Positions 1-10,427 of a stretch of 64,000 bases of DNA are shown one piece after another. How positions within the stretch are numbered: position 1 is the stretch's first letter; every line of letters starts with the position of its first letter. The notes under the pieces were generated by a model, which saw nothing but the letters and a program-made list of their open reading frames with translations, made no database searches and had not been told where the DNA came from. Origin of the DNA: an uncultured Candidatus Saccharibacteria bacterium (GTDB lineage Bacteria; Patescibacteriota; Saccharimonadia; Saccharimonadales; JAGQNJ01); assembly GCA_964584895.1 (NCBI GenBank), contig CAZPAW010000001.1, positions 197,053 to 261,052 on the forward strand. The letters run 5' to 3'. The translations under genes were made by a program, and so were the position numbers.

Positions 1-2
1 GT

Positions 3-413
3 AGCATTAACCAGTTAGAAGAGTTAGGCATAAAACACAGATACCTAAAGGCAGTAGAGCAGTTTTGGCCTGGGCCAGTCAGTGTTATTTTGCCTGTTCC
101 TGCAACCCTAGATTATTTGCATTATGGATTAATGACTTTGCCTGTTAGAGTAACGAGTGATAAAAAGTTAGTAAATCTACTTGATAAAACTGGGCCAATA
201 ATCACAACTAGTGCGAATCTGCCAGATCAAAAACCGGCAGAGAATATTGATGAGGCCAAAGAATATTTTGGTAATAAAGTTGATTTTTATGTTGATGGCG
301 GCCAACTCAGTAGCGGTCCTCCATCGACAATCATCAGAATAATCGATGATGCCATCGAGATTGTCAGGCAAGGTGCGGCTAAAATTAACGACAATGGAAG
401 GATAATAAAATGA
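3..413 (+). CDS. tsaC: Threonylcarbamoyl-AMP synthase (Sua5/YrdC family), 5'-truncated by window edge
   Basis: Frame is open from base 3 (SINQLEE...QFWPGPVSVILP); FWPGP, TSAN, PSTII and RQGA motifs. Confidence 0.88.
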   Translation, partial: SINQLEELGIKHRYLKAVEQFWPGPVSVILPVPATLDYLHYGLMTLPVRVTSDKKLVNLLDKTGPIITTSANLPDQKPAENIDEAKEYFGNKVDFYVDGGQLSSGPPSTIIRIIDDAIEIVRQGAAKINDNGRIIK

Positions 414-739
414 CGTTTGATGAATATCAAAAACAATCAAAACAAACCGCTCAGTATAGTGATTTTGTCCCGCCGTTTGTTTATTTAACGATGGGGCTAG
501 CTGGTGAATCTGGTGAGACGATTGACAAGATTAAAAAAGTCGTCAGAAATAACAACGGCAAATTTACTGATGAAGATTTAGTTGAGATAAAAAAAGAGCT
601 AGGCGATGTACTGTGGTATTTAAGCCAACTTGCTACTCAACTGGATATGTCGCTTGAGGATGTAGCCTCAACAAACCTTGATAAACTATTCGATAGATTA
701 AAGCGTAACAAAATTCGCTCTCGTGGCGATAACCGCTAG
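410..739 (+). CDS. MazG-like nucleotide pyrophosphohydrolase
   Basis: GLAGESGE...KELGDVLWY motifs. Confidence 0.88.
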   Translation: MTFDEYQKQSKQTAQYSDFVPPFVYLTMGLAGESGETIDKIKKVVRNNNGKFTDEDLVEIKKELGDVLWYLSQLATQLDMSLEDVASTNLDKLFDRLKRNKIRSRGDNR

Positions 740-2016
740 CTTTTTGCGAATTCGTTTCGAATCCATTCGTCTAGACTGCCTCCGCCACCTGCTGAAAAAC
801 AAAGCACTAAATCATTTGCATTGGCGTGGGCTTGGATTTTATTATGCAAATTTTGGTTTAAATCAGCGGTTTCGATGTTTTTAGGTTCGTACATTAAAGC
901 CTTTAGCTTTTCTGGCGTTAAATCTTCAAGTGATTCGTTTTCTCGGGCACGGTAGCTAGGCACAATATAAAGTTTCTTAACCCCACTAAACAGATCCGTT
1001 AAATCTACTTTTATGAAGTGTTGGCGAGTATTGTGTAGCCCCTCATAAATAACCACAATATTGTCAGGGTTCAGTTCTTCAGCTAACTGTAATGCGCCGC
1101 GAATTTTGTCTGGGGTATGAGCATAGTCAGAGTAAGTATTTTTAGAAATTTTTTCGAATCGTCTACTAACGCCGGGAAATTTGTTCACAATATCTGCCAG
1201 TGTCGATATGTCAGGTTTTGCTAGAGCTTTTAGCACCCCTTGAGTAGCTAATGCAGCATCCTCGCGATTAACTTTTCCGGCTAATGTGAACATCGGATAA
1301 TCAGTTTTGTTAATAATGCCTAAAGAATTATTGGATTCGTTTATTCCTAGTTTGTGAGCGTCTTCTTCCCACGCATATGCAAATTTGCTTTGAGATAAAA
1401 ACTGTCTAAACGCAGTATTGTATTCGTCTTTCGTTGGGTAAATATCTGGATGATCCCAATCTATGCCAGTAATTAGGCTAATGTACGGCGTGAATGTTAA
1501 AAAATTCCTATCGTATTCGTCGGCTTCGTATATAAAGTATTCTGACTTATTATCGAATTCGCCCATATCGCCAAAACTAATTTTGGCGCCTACAGAATAA
1601 CTAATTGGTACGCCTAACTGTTTAAACAGCCAGATAACCATTGCAGTCGTAGTGGTTTTGCCGTGAGTACCGGCAACCGCAATTAACTTTAAGTTTTTCT
1701 CACTGATTATTTTGTTAAGCAACTCATCACGCTTACTAACTTTGATATTATTGTTTTTTGCAAATACTATTTCCGGATGATCATTTGTTACGGCAGAAGA
1801 CCGCACTATCCAATCAATTGGATTATTATCGTGGATTTTTTGAATTTGATCTGTTGTCTGACCGATATATACACCATCTATACCACGTGTTTTTAGGTAA
1901 TCTGTATAGTTCGAGCGTTGCTTATCCGATCCTGAAACTTGATAACCAGCCTGTTTTGCAATTAAAGCTAGTGGCCCGATTCCGGTTCCGCCAATCCCGC
2001 TAAAAAATATATGCAT
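736..2016 (-). CDS. murC: UDP-N-acetylmuramate--L-alanine ligase (MurC-like Mur ligase)
   Basis: GIGGTGI, GSD, AVAGTHGKTTTT, EADEYD, DHPD, RRFE, DYAH motifs. Confidence 0.85.
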   Translation of the reverse strand: MHIFFSGIGGTGIGPLALIAKQAGYQVSGSDKQRSNYTDYLKTRGIDGVYIGQTTDQIQKIHDNNPIDWIVRSSAVTNDHPEIVFAKNNNIKVSKRDELLNKIISEKNLKLIAVAGTHGKTTTTAMVIWLFKQLGVPISYSVGAKISFGDMGEFDNKSEYFIYEADEYDRNFLTFTPYISLITGIDWDHPDIYPTKDEYNTAFRQFLSQSKFAYAWEEDAHKLGINESNNSLGIINKTDYPMFTLAGKVNREDAALATQGVLKALAKPDISTLADIVNKFPGVSRRFEKISKNTYSDYAHTPDKIRGALQLAEELNPDNIVVIYEGLHNTRQHFIKVDLTDLFSGVKKLYIVPSYRARENESLEDLTPEKLKALMYEPKNIETADLNQNLHNKIQAHANANDLVLCFSAGGGGSLDEWIRNEFAKS

Positions 2017-2062
2017 AAATATAGTCTATCACTCTCGTGTAAAACGGTTTAACATAAGAAAG

Positions 2063-2683
2063 ATGACAAAAGTAACTAAAACAAATTCGTTTAGGCAAAA
2101 ACTATCGTCGATCAATAATATATATTTTTTACTATTGGCAATATTTTTCGGATTTGTATCGCTCTATGCGTTAAGACAAAATAACTTAACTGCAATCCAA
2201 TTACGTGATGATGTAATTGCTGCTGATAAAGCTAATAAACAGGTAGAAGAAAAACTTCGTTTACTACGTGAATATATTTATACTCACATGAACGCCGATT
2301 TATCTAGTGGAGGGGGTTTATCGCAACCTGTACAGTTAAAATATCGATACGAAAGACTCGTTGCCGCAGAAAAAAAACGGACTGATCAAGTTAACGAATC
2401 AATCTATACAGATGCCCAAAACTATTGTGAGAAAAAATTTCCACTTGGACAGGTTGGCGCATCAGGAGGAGGTAGAATCGGCTGCATTAAAGATTATGTA
2501 ACCAAAAAAGGCGAAGATGCAAAACCAATTCCTGAAGATCTGTACAAATTTGATTTTATCTCTCCTAGATGGTCGCCCGATTTAGCGGGATGGAGCCTGG
2601 TATTTAGCTTTATATTTTTTGGACTATGGGTGTTTGGTCTAATCACTAAAAAACGCTTGCGTCATAGGGTTAAGGATTTGTAG
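2063..2683 (+). CDS. Hypothetical membrane protein (N- and C-terminal TM)
   Basis: 206-aa ORF with two hydrophobic segments. Confidence 0.7.
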   Translation: MTKVTKTNSFRQKLSSINNIYFLLLAIFFGFVSLYALRQNNLTAIQLRDDVIAADKANKQVEEKLRLLREYIYTHMNADLSSGGGLSQPVQLKYRYERLVAAEKKRTDQVNESIYTDAQNYCEKKFPLGQVGASGGGRIGCIKDYVTKKGEDAKPIPEDLYKFDFISPRWSPDLAGWSLVFSFIFFGLWVFGLITKKRLRHRVKDL

Positions 2684-2697
2684 GCTATACTATTTAT

Positions 2698-3321
2698 ATG
2701 GATAATGAAAAACAACCCCAAGCAGAACGAAAATATAATGTAGTAGCAATTGTTGCATTTTTGATGATGTGGTTTCCGCTAGTCGGCCCAATCTTAGGCA
2801 TTGTCGCGCTTTTTCAGATTAGTAAGACTAAAGAAAAAGGTAAATGGATGGCGATTTTGTCAATAATCTTACCGATTATCTCTACCATACTGATCGGTGT
2901 CGCTATTTATCTGTTTATCACATCGGCAATAAAAAATACCAATGAAAAAGCAAGTAGATTAGGAATTTCATCATCAGAGTACAATCAGATCAATAATGCA
3001 ATAAACGGTAATTGCAATATCGAAGCTCTTGAAACAGGCGCCTATATTTCAGATTTTTCTAATACAAAATCTTCAAATATTGATTATGTCGAAGATGGTT
3101 TCGCGACAGGGTCAAGAGAGTGTTATAGCCCCACCGGCAACAAGGTCTATATTGCTAAGCAAGAGAATAAGTCTAACAAAAATAGTGTTTGGCGAATAAT
3201 TTTCGTCGACTACCCCTCTAATAATCCACCTTGCTCGCTAGAGCAAGATTACGGAGTACCAAGCAGCATGTTAAAAAATTGTGATCTTAACAATAGTTCT
3301 ACCCCCGTTATAGCGATATAA
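2698..3321 (+). CDS. DUF4190-like membrane protein with Cys-containing extracellular domain
   Basis: GPILGIVALFQI...KGKWMAI pattern; TATACT 6 nt upstream of ATG. Confidence 0.65.
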   Translation: MDNEKQPQAERKYNVVAIVAFLMMWFPLVGPILGIVALFQISKTKEKGKWMAILSIILPIISTILIGVAIYLFITSAIKNTNEKASRLGISSSEYNQINNAINGNCNIEALETGAYISDFSNTKSSNIDYVEDGFATGSRECYSPTGNKVYIAKQENKSNKNSVWRIIFVDYPSNNPPCSLEQDYGVPSSMLKNCDLNNSSTPVIAI

Positions 3322-3437
3322 AAATTTCAATAACTATATTAATTATTTAAAAAAAGTTAGTAACAGGGTTGACAACTAATTTGCTAACAGAGTATCGTAG
3401 GAGTACTAAAGTAAACCTAAAGAGGAAGATAAGAATT

Positions 3438-3635
3438 ATGGCTTACGAGCACACAAACAGCAAAGGTGTAACATATTACCTAAACTGCAAAGATGTAGTA
3501 CTACGCGGTGGAAAGACACAGACAATTTACTACTTCTCTAAAGATCAACGACCAGAAGCTTGCGATCTACCAGAAGGCAAAGAAGTAACAGAAAATCCAA
3601 GAAACGGATTTCTAACAGTTAAGAAAAAAGTTTAA
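3438..3635 (+). CDS. Small hypothetical protein (65 aa)
   Basis: AGAGGA upstream of ATG 3438 (MAYEHTNSKGVTYYL...); followed by a terminator. Confidence 0.75.
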   Translation: MAYEHTNSKGVTYYLNCKDVVLRGGKTQTIYYFSKDQRPEACDLPEGKEVTENPRNGFLTVKKKV

Positions 3636-3656
3636 GTTAAATACTTAATCGAGATT

Positions 3657-3693
3657 CACCCCTGAGGTTATATAACATCAGGGGTGTTTTTTT
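3657..3693 (+). terminator. Rho-independent terminator
   Basis: CACCCCTGA...TCAGGGGTG stem followed by a T-run. Confidence 0.85.
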
Positions 3694-3711
3694 GTTATAA
3701 TAATTTAGTAA

Positions 3712-4470
3712 ATGGCGGATGTGATATTAAAAGTTACTAACCTACGAAAAAAATACGGCCGAAAATCGGTTGTTAAGGGAATTAGTTTTGAAGTAAATAA
3801 AGGTGAGGTTTTTGGCATATTAGGTCCTAACGGAGCCGGCAAGACCACAACGCTTGAAATGATAGAATCAATGCGACCAATTGATGGCGGCACAGCTATT
3901 TTAGATGGGATTAATGTTGCCGAGTCGCCACAAAAAGTAAAAGACATTATTGGCGTACAATTACAGTCTTCGGCATTTTTTGATAATCTTAATCTAAGTG
4001 AGTTGTTAAAAATGTTTGCTGGTATGTATGGTCAGCGAGCACATCCTAGAAAATTACTTCAAGAAGTACAACTAAGTAATAAATCAAAATCTCAAGTCAA
4101 GGAACTGTCAGGTGGTCAACGTCAACGCTTTAGTATTGCAGCTGCTCTTGTTAATAAACCAAAGGTATTATTTCTTGATGAGCCAACAACCGGTCTCGAT
4201 CCACAAGCACGACGTAATCTATGGGAATTAGTAGAATCGATTAAAAAAAAGAATATTACCGTAATTATAACCACTCACTATATGGAGGAAGCCGAGAGAT
4301 TATGCGATCGCGTCGCGATTATGGATGATGGACGTGTTATTGCGCTAGATTCTCCTGCAAATTTAATTCAGCAATTACTAAAGAGGGGCTTTAAAAAGGC
4401 CCAAAAGGTCGAACAAGCTGATCTCGAGGATGTATTTATTGATCTTACAGGCAAGGATTTACGAGAATGA
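3712..4470 (+). CDS. ABC-2 type transporter ATP-binding protein
   Basis: Walker A GPNGAGKT, signature LSGGQ, Walker B LFLDEPT, H-loop. Confidence 0.95.
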   Translation: MADVILKVTNLRKKYGRKSVVKGISFEVNKGEVFGILGPNGAGKTTTLEMIESMRPIDGGTAILDGINVAESPQKVKDIIGVQLQSSAFFDNLNLSELLKMFAGMYGQRAHPRKLLQEVQLSNKSKSQVKELSGGQRQRFSIAAALVNKPKVLFLDEPTTGLDPQARRNLWELVESIKKKNITVIITTHYMEEAERLCDRVAIMDDGRVIALDSPANLIQQLLKRGFKKAQKVEQADLEDVFIDLTGKDLRE

Positions 4471-5570
4471 TGCGACCTATTAAGACAACACTATCATTGG
4501 CAAGGTTTTTTACGGTTCGATATTTCCGTGATAAGGTAGCGCTATTCTTTACCTTTGTCTTTCCAATAATGTTCTTGGTTATTTTTGGTTTTATTTTCGG
4601 TGGCGAAAACACACCAAGCTTTAATGTTGCTTTGATTAATAATTCTGACACCCCATTTAGTAAACAGTTTGTTGAGCAAGCTAAATCCAGTGAAGTATTT
4701 AAAATCACAGAGACATCTGACTTTGATACAGCGAAACTCGAGATTGAAAGGGGTGAAAAAGATGCAATTATTGAGTTACCAGCAAGTTTCGGAAAGCTTA
4801 ATGCCCAAAAGCAACCTACTGGCACGGTGGTAACCTATAATGATCAAAGTGACGAACAGCTTAACGCAACTTTATCGACCGTTATGCAGGGTACTATTGA
4901 TGGTATTAATGCAGGTATAGTAAAGACGCAGGCGCCGATAAAATTAGAAGCAAAATCACTACAGACCGCCAATTTATCTAGGTTTGATTATTTGATTGCT
5001 GGAATTATTGGTTTTTCATTACTTTCGCTAGGTATTTTTAGTATGAGTGAAGGCTTTACTGGCGATAAAAAGAACGGCTCTCTAAGACGCATGGAAGTAG
5101 CACCTCTAAAACCATGGAATATTATCATAGCAACTGGGATTAATAGAGTATTAGTTGGATTAGTTTCTGTAGCAGCCCTGTTTGTGGTGGCGATTGTGAT
5201 ATTTGATTTTCAGATGAGAGGTGATTATCTATCATTTATTTTGTTTACGATAATAAGTACTTTTTGTTTGTTTGGTTTTGGTATGGCAATTGCCGGCTGG
5301 GCAAAAGATGGCAATCAATCAGCGCCTATAGCTAATCTCGTGACTTTCCCAATGATGTTTTTATCAGGAGTATTTTTTCCGGTGTTTTTAATGCCTCAGT
5401 GGCTACAGAACATCTCTGCATTTATCCCGCTGACTCCAATAGTCGATGGTCTTAGGATGATATTGACTGAAGGCAAAACAATAATTGACTTAGGTCCACA
5501 GTTAGCCGTTATCGGCGTATGGACACTGATTATCTATGTAATAGCTTTTAGGGTGTTCAGATGGGAATAG
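4467..5570 (+). CDS. ABC-2 type transporter permease
   Basis: N-terminal TM, extracellular loop, C-terminal TMs, FLSGVFFP motif; overlaps the ATPase stop. Confidence 0.92.
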   Translation: MMRPIKTTLSLARFFTVRYFRDKVALFFTFVFPIMFLVIFGFIFGGENTPSFNVALINNSDTPFSKQFVEQAKSSEVFKITETSDFDTAKLEIERGEKDAIIELPASFGKLNAQKQPTGTVVTYNDQSDEQLNATLSTVMQGTIDGINAGIVKTQAPIKLEAKSLQTANLSRFDYLIAGIIGFSLLSLGIFSMSEGFTGDKKNGSLRRMEVAPLKPWNIIIATGINRVLVGLVSVAALFVVAIVIFDFQMRGDYLSFILFTIISTFCLFGFGMAIAGWAKDGNQSAPIANLVTFPMMFLSGVFFPVFLMPQWLQNISAFIPLTPIVDGLRMILTEGKTIIDLGPQLAVIGVWTLIIYVIAFRVFRWE

Positions 5571-5573
5571 ACA

Positions 5574-5602
5574 TTGCATAAGCATACAAAAGGTGATATA
5601 AT
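5574..5602 (+). promoter_or_regulatory. sigma70-type promoter, probably leaderless transcript
   Basis: TTGCAT-17nt-TATAAT, ATG 6 nt after the -10 box. Confidence 0.65.
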
Positions 5603-5608
5603 AGATTT

Positions 5609-5842
5609 ATGTCAGATCACATTGAACAAGACCAAGGAAAATTATTCGAAGAAGTTCATGTAGAGCCTTTTGATGTAGAACGATATGCCGGATATATCGC
5701 CGAACATGCTTCACCGGTTGATTTACCTGATAGAGATGGTGTTCATCAAGATGTTACCGGTGTAAAACCTGGTGCCGAAAGAGTTACGATACATGGTCCG
5801 GGTAGCCCAGATTGGGAAGAAATGCGCTCACGAGTAGGATAA
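5609..5842 (+). CDS. Hypothetical protein (77 aa)
   Basis: ORF directly after a consensus promoter. Confidence 0.6.
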   Translation: MSDHIEQDQGKLFEEVHVEPFDVERYAGYIAEHASPVDLPDRDGVHQDVTGVKPGAERVTIHGPGSPDWEEMRSRVG

Positions 5843-5856
5843 AATAATATCCATAA

Positions 5857-6813
5857 ATGAATAATATTTGGGATGAGATGAAGAAGCCAATATTTGTGTT
5901 GGCGCCAATGGATGATGTAACTGATACGGTTTTTCGTCAAATGATTGCTAGCTTAGCGCCGCCAGATTTGTACTTTTCAGAGTTTGTGAATGTCGACGGG
6001 TTACAGAGTGTAGGTCGAGGTAAGTTGATACATAAACTGCAGTACACAAAAAAAGAGAAGCCAATCATTGCTCAGTTATGGGGCAAAAACCCGAATAATT
6101 ATTACAAAACGACTAAACAGTTAATCGAGATGGGTTTTGATGGCGTTGATATTAATATGGGATGTCCAGTCAAGACCGTGGTTAAGGATGGCTGTTGCGT
6201 AGCACTTGTTGATAATCGCATTTTAGCTAACGAGATAATAAGCCAGACTCAAAAAGCTGCCAATGGTAAGATACCGGTAAGTGTAAAAACGCGTATTGGT
6301 AATAGAACTGTTGATATGAGCTGGATAGAGTTTTTGTTATCACATAATCTAGATGCGCTAACTGTTCATGGTCGAACCGCCAAGCAGATGTCCAAGGTGC
6401 CGGCAGACTGGGACATAATAGGGCAGGCGAGGGAAATGCGCGATCGACTCTCTCCTGCTACAAAAATTATCGGTAACGGCGATGTTATGTCGCGATCGCA
6501 TGGATTAGAGTTAGCAAAAAAACACAAGCTGGATGGAATTATGATTGGTCGAGGTATCTTTCATGATCCGTTTGTCTTTGCTAATTCGTTGTCCAGCGAA
6601 TCACCTTGGCAAGGATATTCAAAATCTCAAAAGATTGAGCTTTATAAAAAACACGTCCAACTATTTGCTAAAACTTGGAAAAAGGGCGAACGACGATCGA
6701 TTGGCCTTAACAAGTTTTGTAAGATATATATTAATGGCTTTGATGGTGCCAAAGAATTGCGGGTTGATTTAATGGACGCGAAAAATACTGAAGAGTTACT
6801 AGAGAAGCTCTAG
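5857..6813 (+). CDS. dus: tRNA-dihydrouridine synthase (Dus family)
   Basis: LAPM, DINMGCP, SVKTRIG, VHGRT, GNGDV, MIGRG motifs. Confidence 0.93.
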   Translation: MNNIWDEMKKPIFVLAPMDDVTDTVFRQMIASLAPPDLYFSEFVNVDGLQSVGRGKLIHKLQYTKKEKPIIAQLWGKNPNNYYKTTKQLIEMGFDGVDINMGCPVKTVVKDGCCVALVDNRILANEIISQTQKAANGKIPVSVKTRIGNRTVDMSWIEFLLSHNLDALTVHGRTAKQMSKVPADWDIIGQAREMRDRLSPATKIIGNGDVMSRSHGLELAKKHKLDGIMIGRGIFHDPFVFANSLSSESPWQGYSKSQKIELYKKHVQLFAKTWKKGERRSIGLNKFCKIYINGFDGAKELRVDLMDAKNTEELLEKL

Positions 6814-6831
6814 TTCTGTACAATAGCAGGT

Positions 6832-7320
6832 ATGAGCCAACGGTTAAGACAAGTTAGCTTATTATTCTTGCGAGATGATAAATATATTTGGTTGGCCATG
6901 AAAAAACGTGGTTTTGGAGAAGGGTATTGGAACGGGGTTGGTGGTAAGCCCGATTCGAATGAGCCGATCGAAAACACTGCAGTTCGTGAATGTGAAGAAG
7001 AAATAGAAGTAACCCCGCTTAATCTCGAGCACGTCGCGACGCTTGATTTTTACTTTCCACCAGAAAAATCGGCGCTTGGTTGGGATCAGCAAGTTGTGGT
7101 GTATTTTTCGGATAAATGGGATGGCGAACCAAAAGAGACAGAAGAAATGGCGCCAAAACGATTCTCTATTGAAGATCTTCCATATGAGAATATGTGGGAT
7201 GACGATAAGCTTTGGTTACCAAAAGTAATTGACGGTAAGTTCGTCAGAGCCAAATTTCACTTTGATAATTCAGGTAAAATTGAAAATTACAAAATAATAA
7301 GCGAAAAGCCAAGACAATAA
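6832..7320 (+). CDS. NUDIX hydrolase, 8-oxo-dGTPase (MTH1-like)
   Basis: KKRGFG, WNGVGGK...RECEEE Nudix box, MWDDDKLW. Confidence 0.88.
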   Translation: MSQRLRQVSLLFLRDDKYIWLAMKKRGFGEGYWNGVGGKPDSNEPIENTAVRECEEEIEVTPLNLEHVATLDFYFPPEKSALGWDQQVVVYFSDKWDGEPKETEEMAPKRFSIEDLPYENMWDDDKLWLPKVIDGKFVRAKFHFDNSGKIENYKIISEKPRQ

Positions 7321-7321
7321 T

Positions 7322-7636
7322 TTAGCAGTATTTGGCGCCCCAGTCGGCCATGCTTTCTAGAATTTTGCGGAGCTCTTTGCCCTTTTTTGTTAGTTGATAA
7401 CGATAACGTGGTGGGTGGGCGCAATACTTACATCTTTCTAATACGTCATCTGTTTCGAGTTGTTTTAACCTTTGGCTGAGGGTACGAGGGCTGATGCCAG
7501 TCAGTGATATTTCTAGCTCGCTAAAAGTTTTGGGCTGGTCTGATACATCGCGTAATATTAGGGCGGTCCATTTATCGCCCAATATATCTAATGTTGTTTG
7601 AATACAGCCAGGTTTTTTCTCTATCGATAATTTCAT
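7322..7636 (-). CDS. HxlR (DUF24/MarR-type) winged-helix regulator
   Basis: C...LDILGDKWT, FSEL, GISPRTLSQRLKQLE, YQLTKKG. Confidence 0.92.
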   Translation of the reverse strand: MKLSIEKKPGCIQTTLDILGDKWTALILRDVSDQPKTFSELEISLTGISPRTLSQRLKQLETDDVLERCKYCAHPPRYRYQLTKKGKELRKILESMADWGAKYC

Positions 7637-7655
7637 AATCAGTATTATACAAAAA

Positions 7656-7698
7656 TGGCTTTACAAAGTATAGCTAGTAACTATACAATGTAAAGCCA
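7656..7698. promoter_or_regulatory. Long inverted repeat, candidate HxlR operator in a divergent promoter region
   Basis: TGGCTTTACA-AA-GTATAG...CTATAC-AA-TGTAAAGCCA. Confidence 0.55.
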
Positions 7699-7838
7699 GT
7701 GAGGTGTGGTTCTGGAATGTGCGATAGATATTGATAACAAATGAGCTTGTGATATTGGCACAAAATTGCGATTAATTGTTTTACCACGAGCATTTTTATA
7801 GTATACTTCGGTTAATAATGTATATAAGGGGTAATATA

Positions 7839-9208
7839 ATGCTGAAAAAACTTAAACTACTGGTAATTGCTTCTATTTTGGCGGTGCCGCTAATTATATC
7901 CCCAATGCAAGCTTCTGCTGCTACAACTGTCGCAATCACATCGCCGACTACTGGTGAGGAAATAACGGGAACGAGTTTTACGGTAACTGGCACGGCAACC
8001 GCTGACAGGCTGATCACGGTATCGGTCAACGGTGACGAAGTTGGGACGACAACCTCTGACGGCTCAGGTGATTGGAGCTTAGAAGTAACCGACCAAGACG
8101 CTGGTGCAAAGACAATTACGGCTGTTGCTAGTGCCCACTACGCATACGTCACCAATGGTGGAGATGCAACTATCTCTGTTTTTGACATAAATACTGACCA
8201 GAAAGTCGGCAGCAACATCAGTAGTGGCGTCAATCAATCGAATCTTGTTGTACGCCCTGATGGCACGCAGATGGTTTCAGCCGGTGGTTTTGGTAGTACC
8301 GCACTTAGGGTTTGGGATTTGTCAGACCCCGCGGTCCCAGTCATATTCGATAGCATAGTCGCCCCTTTGGCGCACAACATGGGGTTAGCATACACGCCTG
8401 ATGGCACCGAGTTCTGGGCTGTTTCGACAAATTTTGGGGACTCACTACCATTCGCTCTTACGATGCAGACAACCCAGCGACGACAGCAGACATAACTGGC
8501 TATTCAGGTGCGGCGGGAATTGTTATTGCTTTCAATGAAGCAGGCGATAAAGCATACGTTTCGGACTGTGGCGATAGCAAGGTTCACGTCATTGATGTAG
8601 CTACAAAAGCCGAAACTAGTACTATAAATGGTGTTGGTTGTGGCGGCCTAGTAGTTGGGCCAAACGATGTGGCATTCTTGCTCGATAGTACTAACGATAG
8701 GCTTAAGCCAATAAACTTAGCTGCAGAAACAGCAGGCGCCTATATTGCGGTTGGTGATGCTCCGGGCCCAATATTTTTTAATTCTGATGGCAGCCGAGCA
8801 TATGTATCTAATACAAATAGTAACAATATTAGTGTAATTAACACCAACACAGATACGGTTGTAGATACAATTGCATTAACTGGCGGACCGTTGTCGGGTG
8901 TCTTTAACCCAGAATTTTCCAAGGTTTATATTGCAAGAAGTACTGCCGACCAAATAGTTGTTGCGGATGGAGATACGTTAGCTGAATTGTCTACTATTGC
9001 TGCAGGGGATTCCCCGACCGGTGTAAGACTAGGACCTGTCGAGTCTGCGACAGCGTCAGTTGATTTTACGCTTGCAACAGCTACTGGCACGTCATCAGAC
9101 GAGATCTTGGCTGATACTGGACAGAATACCTACATATTCTTGGCTCTTGCAAGCATGCTGTTAATTAGTCCAGCCGTTTACTTGAGAAAACGATACTCGC
9201 AAAAATAA
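7839..9208 (+). pseudogene. Ig-like + YVTN beta-propeller surface protein with LADTG sorting signal, split by a -1 frameshift at ~8429-8440
   Basis: Signal peptide, Ig domain and AYVTN repeat in the first frame; the -1 frame is open from 8429 (...KAYVSDCGDSKVHVID...RAYVSNTNSNNISVIN) through LADTG-TM-RKR. Confidence 0.8.
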
Positions 9209-9289
9209 TTATCTACAGTTGTTGGTTTAGCAACGTAGATTGCCAGTTAGTAGCCGGCAAGAATAAATCAGGTTTTTAGGGCATATTAA

Positions 9290-10330
9290 ATGAAAAAATA
9301 CATACATATTGCCATCCTCTTATTGTTAGTTGGAGTTAGTTTCTTTGTCATAGGGATAAATAATGCAGATAACCCAAACACAGTAACTGATACGACGACA
9401 AATACGCCGGTTCAAAGTGATGATGAAGTCCCGTCAACTCGAAAAAAAGATAAAGACGATACGTCACAATCGGTATCTAGTGATAATCTGTTTTATGATT
9501 TGGCCTCTCAAACCACTGATGTAAACATAGATAAAACTTTAATCACGTCAAGCAATTCTGATAGTGATTCGGATGATGGTGAAACTGAGGAGATTTCACC
9601 GTTGGCTGATGCCGCATTACTTTTGAGAGCATCTAATGTGCCACTGGATTGGACGGCTTCTGACGTGTGGGAAAATGAAGGTACATTAGGTGCGGTAGCC
9701 AATGCAGAAGTTAGAGATAGTATCAATGTCCCTAATAGCCATGTTGTAACACCAGAATACCTTCCCTTATTCGCAAATGGGCCAGGATTCAAAGTCGATA
9801 AACCTGACTATTCACCCCAGTATCATGGATTTGAAATCCCAGATAATGACGCATTAGATATACCTAATGCTGGCGCACTAACATTGATTTTTGACGTTAG
9901 TTTGATTGATCCGGATGATCCAACTAATAAATTAGCTCAAAAATACCCTAATATCGACTTGGGTAGTTCTGAGGAAGGTTGGATATTAGAAAATATAAAC
10001 TTGGGTGAATACGAAGGTTCAATATCACTCGTAAATGCAACAAAAGATGAAAATGGGTTTGTTGGTATTTTTACAGAACGTAGAACCACAACAGATAGAT
10101 TCACAGTAGCGATTAGATGGGATAGAGATACTGACACGCTACGGATGTTTATTAATGGGGTAGAGGATTATGTTCAGGCCAACCCCACGTTAACTACGCT
10201 TGGCGATATTAATACCGAGGCTGATTTAGTGCTGTGCGGTGGCAATGTCTTTCATAACGTGGCAATATTTGACAGAGCATTATCTGATAGTGAAATCGCA
10301 GATATAGACCAAATTTTTCGGCAAAATTAA
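9290..10330 (+). CDS. Membrane-anchored/secreted protein with C-terminal LamG/ConA-like domain
   Basis: N-terminal TM, acidic linker, LRMFING...VAIFDRALSDSEI. Confidence 0.7.
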   Translation: MKKYIHIAILLLLVGVSFFVIGINNADNPNTVTDTTTNTPVQSDDEVPSTRKKDKDDTSQSVSSDNLFYDLASQTTDVNIDKTLITSSNSDSDSDDGETEEISPLADAALLLRASNVPLDWTASDVWENEGTLGAVANAEVRDSINVPNSHVVTPEYLPLFANGPGFKVDKPDYSPQYHGFEIPDNDALDIPNAGALTLIFDVSLIDPDDPTNKLAQKYPNIDLGSSEEGWILENINLGEYEGSISLVNATKDENGFVGIFTERRTTTDRFTVAIRWDRDTDTLRMFINGVEDYVQANPTLTTLGDINTEADLVLCGGNVFHNVAIFDRALSDSEIADIDQIFRQN

Positions 10331-10427
10331 TTATCTAAATGACATAGATTAGTCATGCTGTACCTACTATTGTCATAAGCATAATTAGTGTATAATGACT
10401 CCGAATGAGGAAGAAGGAAAGAGAAAA

